A DNA stretch of 64,000 bases from Planctomycetota bacterium (GCA_003669585.1 QWOQ01000014.1:21069-85068), one strand, 5' to 3'. Shown: positions 1 through 10,041, counted from the first letter of the stretch. Notes: generated by a model not told the origin, from the sequence alone. Made by a program: numbers and translations.

Positions 1-2113
1 AGAGATCGGCTCCATGCGATGCCGGATAGGTAAAGTCGCGCTCTTTTGTGATCGCAAGCGCCTCCCAGATCGCATCTGGCTGATAGGGATACGTTGGAGG
101 GCCTCCAATGGCAAAGTTCGATAAACCCGAGGCAGAAAGTACCCAGTCGCGCAGCAGCATCGACGGCATTCGAAAGCGACTCGCCCGTGCATGAAGCCTA
201 TTGTCTGGGTCGAGCGATTGCAGTTCGGGGCTCAGTCGACCGGATTGTCGGTACACGGCACTTGTGACAATAAGTCGATGCATCGCCTTCCTGCTCCACT
301 GACGTTCTTGAAACTCGACAGACAGCCAATCGAGAAGCTCCTTGTGAAGCGGGTATTCACTTTGAACTCCAAGATCTTCAGTCGTCTTGGCGAGCCCAAC
401 CCCAAAGAAGTGCTGCCACATTCGATTGACCTGCACCCGTGCGGTGAGCGGATGATTCGGCGCAAAAAGCCACTGTGCAAATCCGAGTCGATTGCGTGGT
501 GCATCGAGAGCCTGCGGCGGAAGAAACGCAGGAGTCGAAAACGACACGGTCTCCTTTGGTGAAAGGTAGTCGCCACGATCAAAACGTTTTGTCTCGCGAG
601 GTTGCGAGTCACTCATGATCATGACGCGAGGTAACTGGTCGCCTCGATAGTCGGCAAGCTGTTTCTTGAGTAATTCCACTTTTTCAAGAAGGGGTGTCTT
701 GCCGACCACCGCCGCCTTGACCTTTTCATCGAAGTGTTTTCGAAGTCCCTGAGCCACTGCGGTTTTTTCGGCATCGGTTCGATCCTGTTTGGGCTTCTTC
801 AAAAGTTCTGTCAGAGCATCGGGAAAACCCTTGCCTTCAAAGGGCTTTTCATCGATCGCGAGCCCTGCGATCCAGCCCGCAAATGCCGCGTCGATGATCG
901 GTATCGCTTCAGCTTCCGCCGACTTGAGTGAGGCTTCAAACTCAGCGATCTTCCGATTATTTTCCTCGGTTGGCATTTCAAGAATCGGTGGAGCGACTCG
1001 AATTCGCGACGAAAAAAACTGCGGCACTCCCGACTCAGGAACGCGGTTAAATGCATCGAGAAGCGAGTAATAATCGACCTGAGTGAGAGGATCGTACTTA
1101 TGATCATGACACTGCGCGCAGGCCATTGTCAGACCGAGCCACGTAGTTGCCGTTGTATCGATGCGATCGAAGAGAATGACGTTTCTCTGCTCTTCAGCAA
1201 TCGACCCTCCTTCACCATTGAGCAGATGGTTGCGGTTGAATCCACTTGCGATCTTCTGTTGGTTTGTCGCGTTTGGAAGTAAATCACCTGCTAGTTGTTC
1301 AATCGAAAATTGATCAAATGGCATATCTGCATTGAGTGCAGAAACCACCCAGTCACGCCAGATCCATTGCCAGGTATCACCATCTTGCTGAAAGCCATTG
1401 GAGTCGGCATATCGGGCCGCATCCAACCACGCTAGCGCCATGCGTTCCCCGTAATGCGGATTGGCAAGGAGTCGATCGACAAGGTTTTCGTACGCCTGCG
1501 GATCGGTGTCGGTAAGAAAATTATCGACCTCGGCAGGCGAAGGAGGCAATCCGATGAGATCGACATAAAGCCTTTTCATCAATGTTGAACGATCGGCTTC
1601 CGGAGAGGGTGTAAGGCTCTGAGATTCAAGTTGGGAAAGAATGAATCGATCAATCTCGGTTCGAGCCCAATCGGCACGCTGTAGTTCCGGCACAATCGGT
1701 CGTACAGGTGCAGAAAATGACCAATGGGGTTCATACGTTGCCCCCTCACGAATCCACTGTGTGAGAACTTCCTTTTGTCGGTCGGAGAGCCGACGTATTG
1801 AATCCGGCGGCGGCATCACAATCTCGGTGTCACTTGAATGAATTCGTTCGAGCAGCGTGCTGGCACCGGCATTGCCTGGAACGATTGCCCCTTTTTCAAT
1901 CGCAGACTCGCGATGATCAAGCCTTAGATCGGCCTGACGCTTGTTTCCGTCCTGACCGTGGCACGAAAAACAGTTTTCCGAAAGGATCGGACGAATGTCA
2001 CGATTATAAAAAAGTTCACCGCAGTGCCCTGAACGAAAGACACATACAAGCGTGATGCAAGTCACGATGCACGACGCCTTGAACGACGGCAGTACGCGGA
2101 TAAGAAATTGCAT
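1..2113 (-). CDS. PSCyt1/DUF1549/DUF1553 (PSD1-type) planctomycetal cytochrome-c-domain protein; C-terminus lies outside the window
   Basis: Minus-strand frame is open from ATG at 2113-2111 to the window edge, so it is missing from the supplied ORF track. My translation starts MQFLIRVLPSFKASCIVTCITLVCVFRSGHCGELFYNRDIRPILSENCFSCHG (signal anchor plus CxxCH). It continues with DUF1549-like LIGLPPSPAEVDNF...WLDAARYADSNGFQQD and DUF1553-like ACAQCHDHKYDP. Confidence 0.85.
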   Translation of the reverse strand, partial: MQFLIRVLPSFKASCIVTCITLVCVFRSGHCGELFYNRDIRPILSENCFSCHGQDGNKRQADLRLDHRESAIEKGAIVPGNAGASTLLERIHSSDTEIVMPPPDSIRRLSDRQKEVLTQWIREGATYEPHWSFSAPVRPIVPELQRADWARTEIDRFILSQLESQSLTPSPEADRSTLMKRLYVDLIGLPPSPAEVDNFLTDTDPQAYENLVDRLLANPHYGERMALAWLDAARYADSNGFQQDGDTWQWIWRDWVVSALNADMPFDQFSIEQLAGDLLPNATNQQKIASGFNRNHLLNGEGGSIAEEQRNVILFDRIDTTATTWLGLTMACAQCHDHKYDPLTQVDYYSLLDAFNRVPESGVPQFFSSRIRVAPPILEMPTEENNRKIAEFEASLKSAEAEAIPIIDAAFAGWIAGLAIDEKPFEGKGFPDALTELLKKPKQDRTDAEKTAVAQGLRKHFDEKVKAAVVGKTPLLEKVELLKKQLADYRGDQLPRVMIMSDSQPRETKRFDRGDYLSPKETVSFSTPAFLPPQALDAPRNRLGFAQWLFAPNHPLTARVQVNRMWQHFFGVGLAKTTEDLGVQSEYPLHKELLDWLSVEFQERQWSRKAMHRLIVTSAVYRQSGRLSPELQSLDPDNRLHARASRFRMPSMLLRDWVLSASGLSNFAIGGPPTYPYQPDAIWEALAITKERDFTYPASHGADL

Positions 2114-2588
2114 GCGAAAAAGGCCACTCGGGATAGATCAGAAACAACGAGCTTATTTTTACAATGCTTCCAACGGCCACCAAATAAGCCGCAATCTCAG
2201 TCAATAACTATAACCTCTGCACAGAGAAAAGCAGTTTGTCATGTTTTTCTGATTTTCACGAAGGCAGACAAATGCTTGTATCGGAGAAAACTTCCGCTCA
2301 GCAGCCTTACGATGGAAAAGGTCGATAGCACTCGGCTTTACGCTGCGCAGTCCAATGAACCCACGGTTCACTTTGTCGAACGCCGATCATTTCACGGCAA
2401 GTTCTTCATGTAATATTCCTGTTCTCATTCAACCCTACAACACGGTAGATTTTTCTGGTTGGATTCTCGTTCGACATTCTTGCTTGGGCCCTTGCCGCTT
2501 CTTGAGAGAAGGTAGGTGAGGTATCAAAAAGAGAGTGCTTTGAATCAAACGGGAACATCGTTGACGAATCCTGCCGAAATCATTTTTC

Positions 2589-3740
2589 ATGAATGTTCCA
2601 AAAAAAAATCCAGATGTTCGCATCAAGCTCGCAATACTGATCCACCATTTTTGTAGGAACGGCGGTGGAAGTCAAAGCTATGCGGTGCAGCTGGCGCATG
2701 CCATGCGAGGCGAATGTGACATCACGATCGTCGCTCAAATATTCGGCGAGAACACCGATATGTTTCGCCAGAGGAGAGTGCCTTCTCTCCCCTTTCATTC
2801 AAGCTGGATCAACCATCTTTGGTTCAATTGGTATTCAAGAAGAATTCTGCGAGATGGATTTGACATTATTCACTCGCACGAGAACCTCATATTTGGAAAT
2901 GTTCATACGATCCACACAAAAACTATGCATGCAGGCCTTCAAGAAAAAGGCTTTCGTTGGTTGAGAGCACTTCTCAGCCCGCGACTTTTTACCTATCTCT
3001 GGATTGAAAAAAAGCGGCTGTGCACTCGTGGACACCACAATGTATTTGTCTCGCAACCTCTCTTGGAACAGACGCAATCGGCCTTGCCTCGATTGAGTTC
3101 AGGAACGGTTATTCCACCCGGCGTGGAGATGCCTGACCGAGTCGCGACACCGAACGAAAAAACTCTCGCAAGGCAAGCCCTTGGATTCTCTCCGCACATA
3201 CTGACGATTGGATTTGTTGGGCATGATTTTAAGAAAAAAGGGCTTGATGTATTGCTTCGAGCAGTTGCTCTTTTGCCATTTGATGTGCAGGTGTTGATTG
3301 TTGGAAATCCATCGATGGCCGACCTCTACGCAGAACGTGCGAATGCCTTAGGAGATCGGAAAAAATGCCATTTTCTAGGGTTGGTTTCGGATATGCGTTT
3401 GGTCTATGACGCTGTGGATTGTTTAGCGCATCCTACACAGGAAGACACGTTTGCGATGGTGGTGTTAGAAGCACTTTCACACGGAGTGCCGGTGATCGTG
3501 AGCGGCGAAAAGTTCTGTGGAATATCGAGTTTTCTGACGAATGAGACAGACGCTCTTCTGCTCTCGGATCCCCACGATCAGAACGCTCTTGCGTCGTTGC
3601 TCGAACGAGTTGTAACGGATGGTGATTTGCGAAAAACGTTAGCTGAGAACGGCCGCCGATTCGCCGAAAAAAAGAGCTGGTCAGAAATAAAAAAAAGCTA
3701 TTACGATGTTTACCGCATCGCAATGGACACAATCTGCTGA
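2589..3740 (+). CDS. Glycosyltransferase family 4 (GT-B, Glycos_transf_1 type)
   Basis: 383-aa ORF with ATG at 2589. N-terminus IKLAILIHHFCRNGGGSQSY. C-terminal half FVGHDFKKKGLDVLLRAV...HPTQEDTFAMVVLEALSHGVPVIVS is the typical GT4 E-x7-E region. Confidence 0.85.
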   Translation: MNVPKKNPDVRIKLAILIHHFCRNGGGSQSYAVQLAHAMRGECDITIVAQIFGENTDMFRQRRVPSLPFHSSWINHLWFNWYSRRILRDGFDIIHSHENLIFGNVHTIHTKTMHAGLQEKGFRWLRALLSPRLFTYLWIEKKRLCTRGHHNVFVSQPLLEQTQSALPRLSSGTVIPPGVEMPDRVATPNEKTLARQALGFSPHILTIGFVGHDFKKKGLDVLLRAVALLPFDVQVLIVGNPSMADLYAERANALGDRKKCHFLGLVSDMRLVYDAVDCLAHPTQEDTFAMVVLEALSHGVPVIVSGEKFCGISSFLTNETDALLLSDPHDQNALASLLERVVTDGDLRKTLAENGRRFAEKKSWSEIKKSYYDVYRIAMDTIC

Positions 3741-3805
3741 GGGCCTTAGGGTCGACAGGTGAAGGAAACCTCGCAACGCGATCGGATGGGAAACATCGTC
3801 GGGTG

Positions 3806-4624
3806 TCACGCTCTCGGTGAATCCAATGGTGAGCCTCGAGCGTCGATGCCACGACGGTCTTCGTATCGGGTGAGACATTTGAGTAACAGTTGCATCCACG
3901 TGGTGGTCCGGCTGACTAAAACTCTGGGAAGCAGGAACATGTCTTCTCTGTGTGTTGGCGATATTGCTCGGCCGCGGACAGTTGTGGTGGCAGTGGCGTA
4001 TCCGGCAGCCTGAACATATCTGACAGACGACTGACAAAAACTTCCGTAGGGGTAACAGAAGTGCCGCACGCCTTGAGGCTGAGAGATTAATTTTTCGAGA
4101 AGCCGTTTTGATTGGAGAATTTCATGCTCCTGCCGGGACTCATCGAGTTCTTTGAAGTTGGGGTGTGTCAGAGTATGCGAGCCAATTTCCTGCCCCGCCT
4201 CCACCCAGGCTCTCAAGTCGTCGGCTGTCATCAGGGGAACCTGCGACATTCCTTTGTCAGAATCCCATCTATTCCAGTCCCCGACGTGATCCGCAACCAC
4301 ATAGCACGTCGACGTGAATCGATAGCGTTTGAGAATTGACAGAGCGAACTGCAGATTGTTTTTATAGCCGTCATCAAACGTGATCCCGAATACGTTCCCC
4401 CGCTTTTCTCCTCGGAGATAAGGTTCCAAGTCACTCATCGACATGCCCCGGTAACCGATTGCGTGGAGGGCTGCCATGTGTCTCGAAAAGGTAGCCGGTG
4501 ACACGACAAGACCACGCAGAAATGAACCTTTGGGCGGCTTCTTGTCGATCTGGTGATACATGAGTATCGAAATGTGCTTTTGATTCATGCGAGCGATATT
4601 TTCAAAAGAAAAATTCCGAACCAA
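3806..4624 (-). CDS. Polysaccharide deacetylase (NodB homology / CE4)
   Basis: 272-aa ORF. Motifs ILMYHQI, ITFDDGYKNN and GSHTLTHPNF match NodB motifs 1 and 2. An alternative start at 4588 (MNQKHISILMYH) is possible. Confidence 0.85.
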   Translation of the reverse strand: MVRNFSFENIARMNQKHISILMYHQIDKKPPKGSFLRGLVVSPATFSRHMAALHAIGYRGMSMSDLEPYLRGEKRGNVFGITFDDGYKNNLQFALSILKRYRFTSTCYVVADHVGDWNRWDSDKGMSQVPLMTADDLRAWVEAGQEIGSHTLTHPNFKELDESRQEHEILQSKRLLEKLISQPQGVRHFCYPYGSFCQSSVRYVQAAGYATATTTVRGRAISPTHREDMFLLPRVLVSRTTTWMQLLLKCLTRYEDRRGIDARGSPLDSPRA

Positions 4625-4699
4625 GCCGGGAATTGGAAGATTCGTAGCACTCTTTTTGAAACGCCGGTAACGAGTGTTTTTCGCAATGGTCTCTTGCGA

Positions 4700-7600
4700 C
4701 TACCTGGCGAAGCCAACAAAAAAGCTGAAGAGTTGCTGGCTGTCTGTTTGTGCGTAGGTCACAGGGAAAGCGAAATCCAGTGCAATCGGTGCTGGGCCCA
4801 TAGCCGGCAGCGAAATCCGAAGTCCAAATCCCGGTGCGACGCGGAAGTTGTTGATTGCGACGCTCGATTCGACCGTACCGAAGTCGGTGAAGACAACTCC
4901 TCGCAATGAATCGTCAGCAGTGATAGGAAACATATATTCGACGGTGTTGAGCCATTCAAATGGACCTCCGATAATCGCACCGTTTTGAGTGGGGCTTGCT
5001 CCACGAAACATAAATCCGCGAAGGGTTGAGTAACCGCCGGCAAAGAAGTTTTCGTAGGCGGGAGTATTGGGTCCGGTCATGCCGAGAACCGATCCAACGC
5101 CCAGCGTATGTCTTCCCGATCCATCTGGACGCTCACCGAGCAGAAAATACTGACGGGCTTCCATGATGCCACGCGGATAAATATATGTTCCGATCACCTG
5201 CTCAAATTCGAAGCTTGCCAGATGTCCCTGAGTTGGAAGAAAAGGACTGTCTCGAGTATCGTGAATCACGCCACCGCGGAAACCGTACAGGCTGCTCTTT
5301 CCAGACATGCTTTGAATCGCAGGAACCCCGGATCGTCCGTTATAAACCGAGACGGACTCGCCCCGAAAGCCACCGTTCACTGAAAGATTCGGGGCAAAGT
5401 TGAACTGATACCCGAGGCCTGCGCGACCACCGATTCGTTCCTCAGCCCAGTCACTAAAGTATCGTGTGTAGTACGACGCGCTGGTACTCAAACCGATTCG
5501 AGTATCGAAAAGATAAGGCTCTTGAAAGCTGGCAGAGTATCGCTGCAATTGAGTTCCAGGAGCCGCTTCCAGGCGAAATCGCTGACCCGCACCACGAAAT
5601 GCTGTGCCGTTGCGAACATCATCCCAGCTGCGAGGCAATCGAAAGAGATCGAAGTTTTGCTCATCGATCACGATATTGCCAACGAGACCGGCATTCGAAT
5701 TCACACCGGCCCCAAGCATGAGCCGGCCGGTTTGTGTTTCCTCGGCATCAACGTCGACGACAACGTACGGATCGTTGCCCGGAAAAATATTCAGTGGCGC
5801 TGCGGGCATTCCATCGGGCTGTGCTATCGGCGGAGCAACTCCGATGGCACCACCAAAGGCGGCAGCTGGTGCAGCGACTCCAGGAAACGGCGATCCCACA
5901 ACGGGGTTTACGATTCCTGGAGCAACAGGCTGCTGCGCAACATACACCGGAGCTTGTGGCGCGGGTGCCGCGGTACGTCGGTAGTCGAGTGCTTCGGGAC
6001 CAGTCGGCTGTAACGGCTTTCCCCCCCATCCTGGAGACGCTCCCGGATTTTGTCCCCGCCACACCGGTCGCTCTCCCGCAACGGGAAGAACCGTTTGAGA
6101 AGACTTTGATCGTTCCTGTGAATGCAACGATGGGATTGGGGGCGTCGAGCGTGGAAAACTGCTTGCCGCGGGAACGGTTGGTGGTGTTTCCATCGGAACA
6201 CCACCGGTCATTTGTTGTTGTGCGCCGGCATTGCTTTCGGGCGATTGGAACTGATTGATTGACACAGGCTCGGCATCTAAGACGAGATCGATGATCGCAT
6301 CACCATCATCTATCGAATCAGGGCTCTGCCCTCGAAAGCCTTTCGAACCGCTTTCGTCGGCGACCTGTTGACCGTCACCGGCGGAATTGTCCGGTTTTGT
6401 GAAAACGATTTTCGGCGCTTCTCCCTTGGAAGCATCGGCCAGAAACAATCCGCTGGCCTTGAGTCTTCGCTCGTCATCTCGAAGTTTTCGGATATCGAGA
6501 ATGTCACCCGGCTTGAGCGATAGTCGATTAAGAATTGTACTGTGTCGCGTATGAGGATGCTCGCCGCGGATGTGAACATTGATCCGTCCCACTCGATATC
6601 GTTGGCCCTCAGTAATTTTGTAGACCAGATCGATTTGACCGGGCTCCTCAAGAAATCGAGGGTCGGCTTGAATGTCGGCAAAAACGAATCCACGTCCGCC
6701 GTAAATGTCGCGGATCAATCCCAGATCAGCATCCATTTTTCCTTGATTGAAATTCTCACCGCTTTTGAGCTTGAGGTCGCGATCCAAGAACTCTCCTTTG
6801 AATCTCGTGTTTCCGATAAAGGAAACATTTCGTACGGCATACCGCGGTCCTTCACTGATCACGAAATTGAGCATCACCCAATCGCGTCCTCCTCCTTTGA
6901 CAACCTGCAATTCGCGCCCAACCTTGGCCTGAAAAAATCCGAGGCTGCGATAATAGGCTGTGATTGTGTCTACATCCTGATCGATTTTCTCACGATCAAC
7001 CTCTCCGCTCAGTAACCAAAAGACTCCTGGCTTTGTCTTGATCTGAGTCAGCAGTCTGGCATCACTTGCAATCGTGTTGCCAACAAAACTCGTCCAGAGT
7101 GATTTTTGAGAACGTCCTTCATCGATCAGAAAAACGGCCCCTCGATCTCCAGCCTTGTTGCCTTCTACGATTGTGACTTTTGCATGCATATAGCCTTTCT
7201 CTTGATAGAAAGACTCAATCCGCCGACGCGCCTCTTCGACGACGTAGGGATCCATTGAATCACCAATGTCGATCTCGGACTTTTTCTTTACCGTTCGACT
7301 CGACACGCGACTATTCCCGACAATCGTCACGTATCCCACCATCGGTCGTTCAACCACCTCGAAAATCACTACGATTCCTTCTGCAACGCGAACCTGTTTT
7401 GGGTGAATGTCGACAAATTTTTTGGATCGATGAAGCGAGCGAACGTCTTCCGAAACAACGTGAGGATCAAAAATCTGACCAGCGCGAGTCGCAAGTTTTG
7501 GAAGTTTCGAAACAGGCGTTACTTCATTACCCTCAATGCGCACTTCAACGATTCGGTTTCGTTCGTCAACAAGTTCCTCGACAACAACTTGCTGCGCGAC

Positions 7601-7771
7601 CTCAGTCAGTGGTGTTGCTGCCGGTGGCGAGAGCGGTTGTTGCGCCATTGCCTGTAACGGCAAAGAAACCAGCACTGCAACGGCAAGCACCAAGCAGTGT
7701 GACGCACAGAGCGGTCGTCGCACGAGAACGTCGAGGGCGACGTAGTCGCGAGTGCGTTCGTAAGTTTGCAT
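4700..7771 (-). CDS. bamA: Outer membrane protein assembly factor BamA (Omp85 family) with a long P/A/G-rich insert
   Basis: The ORF is open to 8020. I prefer the ATG at 7771 (MQTYERTRDY...LVLAVAVLVSLPLQAMAQQ, signal-like). POTRA-like repeats are present (VEVRIEGNEVTP, VTIVGNSRVSSRTVKK, VSFIGNTRF). The C-terminal Omp85 barrel ends ...LFSFFVGFAR with terminal aromatic residues. Confidence 0.8.
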   Translation of the reverse strand: MQTYERTRDYVALDVLVRRPLCASHCLVLAVAVLVSLPLQAMAQQPLSPPAATPLTEVAQQVVVEELVDERNRIVEVRIEGNEVTPVSKLPKLATRAGQIFDPHVVSEDVRSLHRSKKFVDIHPKQVRVAEGIVVIFEVVERPMVGYVTIVGNSRVSSRTVKKKSEIDIGDSMDPYVVEEARRRIESFYQEKGYMHAKVTIVEGNKAGDRGAVFLIDEGRSQKSLWTSFVGNTIASDARLLTQIKTKPGVFWLLSGEVDREKIDQDVDTITAYYRSLGFFQAKVGRELQVVKGGGRDWVMLNFVISEGPRYAVRNVSFIGNTRFKGEFLDRDLKLKSGENFNQGKMDADLGLIRDIYGGRGFVFADIQADPRFLEEPGQIDLVYKITEGQRYRVGRINVHIRGEHPHTRHSTILNRLSLKPGDILDIRKLRDDERRLKASGLFLADASKGEAPKIVFTKPDNSAGDGQQVADESGSKGFRGQSPDSIDDGDAIIDLVLDAEPVSINQFQSPESNAGAQQQMTGGVPMETPPTVPAASSFPRSTPPIPSLHSQERSKSSQTVLPVAGERPVWRGQNPGASPGWGGKPLQPTGPEALDYRRTAAPAPQAPVYVAQQPVAPGIVNPVVGSPFPGVAAPAAAFGGAIGVAPPIAQPDGMPAAPLNIFPGNDPYVVVDVDAEETQTGRLMLGAGVNSNAGLVGNIVIDEQNFDLFRLPRSWDDVRNGTAFRGAGQRFRLEAAPGTQLQRYSASFQEPYLFDTRIGLSTSASYYTRYFSDWAEERIGGRAGLGYQFNFAPNLSVNGGFRGESVSVYNGRSGVPAIQSMSGKSSLYGFRGGVIHDTRDSPFLPTQGHLASFEFEQVIGTYIYPRGIMEARQYFLLGERPDGSGRHTLGVGSVLGMTGPNTPAYENFFAGGYSTLRGFMFRGASPTQNGAIIGGPFEWLNTVEYMFPITADDSLRGVVFTDFGTVESSVAINNFRVAPGFGLRISLPAMGPAPIALDFAFPVTYAQTDSQQLFSFFVGFAR

Positions 7772-8373
7772 CAAACTTCTCAAGGCCTTCGCACGCGATC
7801 GCCTGCGCACGGAAGCGCGACGAGAACCGCTGGGTTCTTTCAGGTGGCACCCGTCAACAGGTGCCCTTTCGCGATATACGGTTACAGAAGAGATAAGAAT
7901 CGAAAAAGCTTTCGTGAGAAGTCGTTTCAATGCAGTGATGGCAAAGAAAAAACGAAGGATGCAACTACGACCTGCTTTGGGCGAGCACAGGTCACGGCGA
8001 GGAGAAATACCTGAGTCCATGGTTCAGCCACAAGATCGAGTTGCACGTTTGGTCGGTGAAAATTTTGAGAGTGATTTCTCAAAATCCCCTAATCCCCCAG
8101 TTGGTGTCGCTCGTGCACGTCACCGTTGTGCCCAGATCAAAAACGACGTTTTAAAAAGCGAAAATAGTTCACGCAGACCCTCAGAATCCCATAGTTCACA
8201 ACGCGCAAGCGGTTTCTGGAAGCACTGTCATGCGTGACTCAGGAGTATCATTCGGGAGTATTTCAAGACCGACGCCAGGTCATAGACTTGAGGTCTCTCG
8301 TGGAAAACATGGGTTCCTGTTTTGCGCAGTCTGTTTTGTCTCCCGGGTTTGCTCTGAAAGAGTTTGCCTTCCA

Positions 8374-9492
8374 ATGCCTCCTTTTGTCATCGATTTAAAA
8401 AAAGCCGAAGATCCTCGCGATGTTGTGTACCGCACGGTGCAGGCTCTTGCGGAAGGATGCGTCGTGGCTCTCCCTACCGAGACCGATTACGTTGTTGCGG
8501 CGAGTATTTTAAATCACAGAGCGGTTGCCATTCTCACGGAGCTTTCTTCCTGTGAAAAGGATCAGCCCAAGCTTTCACTCGTTGTAAAAAGTGCTGAGGA
8601 AGCTCTCGATTGGGCACCGGCAATGAGTTCTCTTGGACGGAGGCTCGCGAGGCGTTGCTGGCCCGGCCCGGTTGCGATGCTTGTGAACGACAATCATCCC
8701 GAGAGTCTTCTTCATCAGTTGCCTCATCAGACGCAAACCTCGATCGAGTTCATGGGGCGACTGCGTCTGCGGTCTCCAACACATCGCATGTTGAACGAAT
8801 CAATGCGAATGCTCGTTGGTCCTGTAGTTCTTGCCGAGCCATGCGGCGATGGCGTTGCTGTAACCATCGAAGATTTGCTCGCACGAGCTGGATCACAAAT
8901 ATCACTTGCCATAGATGATGGCCGAACGCGATACGCACAAGCGGAATCAACGATCAGCATTTCGGAAAAAGATTTTCAGGTTGTTCGAGCGGGCGTTGTA
9001 TCAGAGGACTCGCTGCGACGCCTTTCCAGCGTGATGGTACTTTTTGTCTGTACAGGCAACACCTGTCGCAGTCCTATGGCCGAGTCTCTTTTTCGGATGT
9101 TGGTTTCCGAGCGGCTGCACTGTCGTCCCGATGAACTGCATCAGCGTGGCATCATTACCTCAAGCGCCGGAATTTCGGCATGGGGCGGTGGCAAAGCCAG
9201 CAACGGTGCACTCGAAGCGATGCGAAATGCCGGTGCCGATCTCACCGGTCACGAAAGTCAGCCGTTGACGGAAAATCTTGTCCGGCAAGCAGATCTGATT
9301 TGGACAATGACAGCCTCGCATCGGGCTGCCATTATTGCGCAATTCCCTGAGGCGTCCGATCGGGTTTCAATGCTTTCTCCGGATCGTATCGATGTTGTCG
9401 ACCCGATTGGCGGTCCAGTCTCGGTCTATCGAAAATGCGCTGAACAAATTCGCGGACATTTGGAAGGCCGAATCGATACACTCGGCTTGTAA
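8374..9492 (+). CDS. Fusion protein: YrdC/Sua5/TsaC-like domain plus YwlE-type low-molecular-weight phosphatase domain
   Basis: The ORF is open from 8230. ATG at 8374 gives MPPFVIDLKKAEDPRDVVYRTVQALAEGCVVALPTETDYVV (YrdC-like N-terminus) and WPGPVAMLV. The C-terminal domain is VLFVCTGNTCRSPMAE (CX5R P-loop at 9049-9072) with VVDPIGG (Asp loop). Confidence 0.75.
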   Translation: MPPFVIDLKKAEDPRDVVYRTVQALAEGCVVALPTETDYVVAASILNHRAVAILTELSSCEKDQPKLSLVVKSAEEALDWAPAMSSLGRRLARRCWPGPVAMLVNDNHPESLLHQLPHQTQTSIEFMGRLRLRSPTHRMLNESMRMLVGPVVLAEPCGDGVAVTIEDLLARAGSQISLAIDDGRTRYAQAESTISISEKDFQVVRAGVVSEDSLRRLSSVMVLFVCTGNTCRSPMAESLFRMLVSERLHCRPDELHQRGIITSSAGISAWGGGKASNGALEAMRNAGADLTGHESQPLTENLVRQADLIWTMTASHRAAIIAQFPEASDRVSMLSPDRIDVVDPIGGPVSVYRKCAEQIRGHLEGRIDTLGL

Positions 9493-9561
9493 AAAGGAAC
9501 GACGCGGATTCATGCTGTAGGGTTAAAAGGAACAGTCGTACATCGAATTCGGGAGCAAACT

Positions 9562-10041
9562 ATGAAAATTGCAATTGGCAGCGATCATCGAGGTGTGGCA
9601 GCTCGACAGAGGTTGATTGGATTGCTCGAGCGGATGAGTCACGAGGTGTTCGATTGTGGAAGCCACGGCGAAGAGGCCGTTGACTATCCGGACATTGCTG
9701 CCGACGTGGCGGGCCGAGTCAGTCAGGGATCTGCTGATCGCGGAATTCTTCTTTGCTGCTCAGGAGTCGGAATGGCGATTGCTGCGAATAAGCTTGCTGG
9801 AGTACGAGCTGCTACCTGTCACGATGAACTCACCGCAGAAATGAGTCGCAGACACAATGATCTCAACGTGTTATGTCTTTCAGCGGAAATGATCGGTTCT
9901 GAATTGCAGGATAAAATTCTGAAAACTTGGCTTGTTACCGAGTTTGAAGGGGGGCGGCACGCTCGACGAGTAGCCAAAATTTTGGCACTGGACCATGCAT
10001 GTACAGAGCCTTCTGGCAAGCCCGCGACATCTTCCAAGTAA
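9562..10041 (+). CDS. rpiB: Ribose-5-phosphate isomerase B (RpiB/LacA/LacB family)
   Basis: 159 aa. MKIAIGSDHRG...GILLCCSGVGMAIAANKLAGVRAA...ARRVAKI is a canonical RpiB pattern. Confidence 0.9.
   Translation: MKIAIGSDHRGVAARQRLIGLLERMSHEVFDCGSHGEEAVDYPDIAADVAGRVSQGSADRGILLCCSGVGMAIAANKLAGVRAATCHDELTAEMSRRHNDLNVLCLSAEMIGSELQDKILKTWLVTEFEGGRHARRVAKILALDHACTEPSGKPATSSK

Noticed and set aside
191-1282. Short ORFs on both strands (191-562, 232-612, 734-931, 789-1070, 811-1107, 1100-1282)
   Set aside because: All fall inside the long open minus-strand frame of the PSCyt1/DUF1549/DUF1553 gene, and all are in other frames.
5464-6258. Several 85-174-aa plus-strand ORFs (5464-5721, 5522-6013, 5604-5984, 5734-6258), plus minus-strand out-of-frame ORFs inside bamA
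   Set aside because: They lie antisense or out of frame to the Pro/Ala-rich part of BamA. GC-rich low-complexity coding sequence typically produces such shadow ORFs. Their products are Arg/Ser/Cys-rich and not protein-like.
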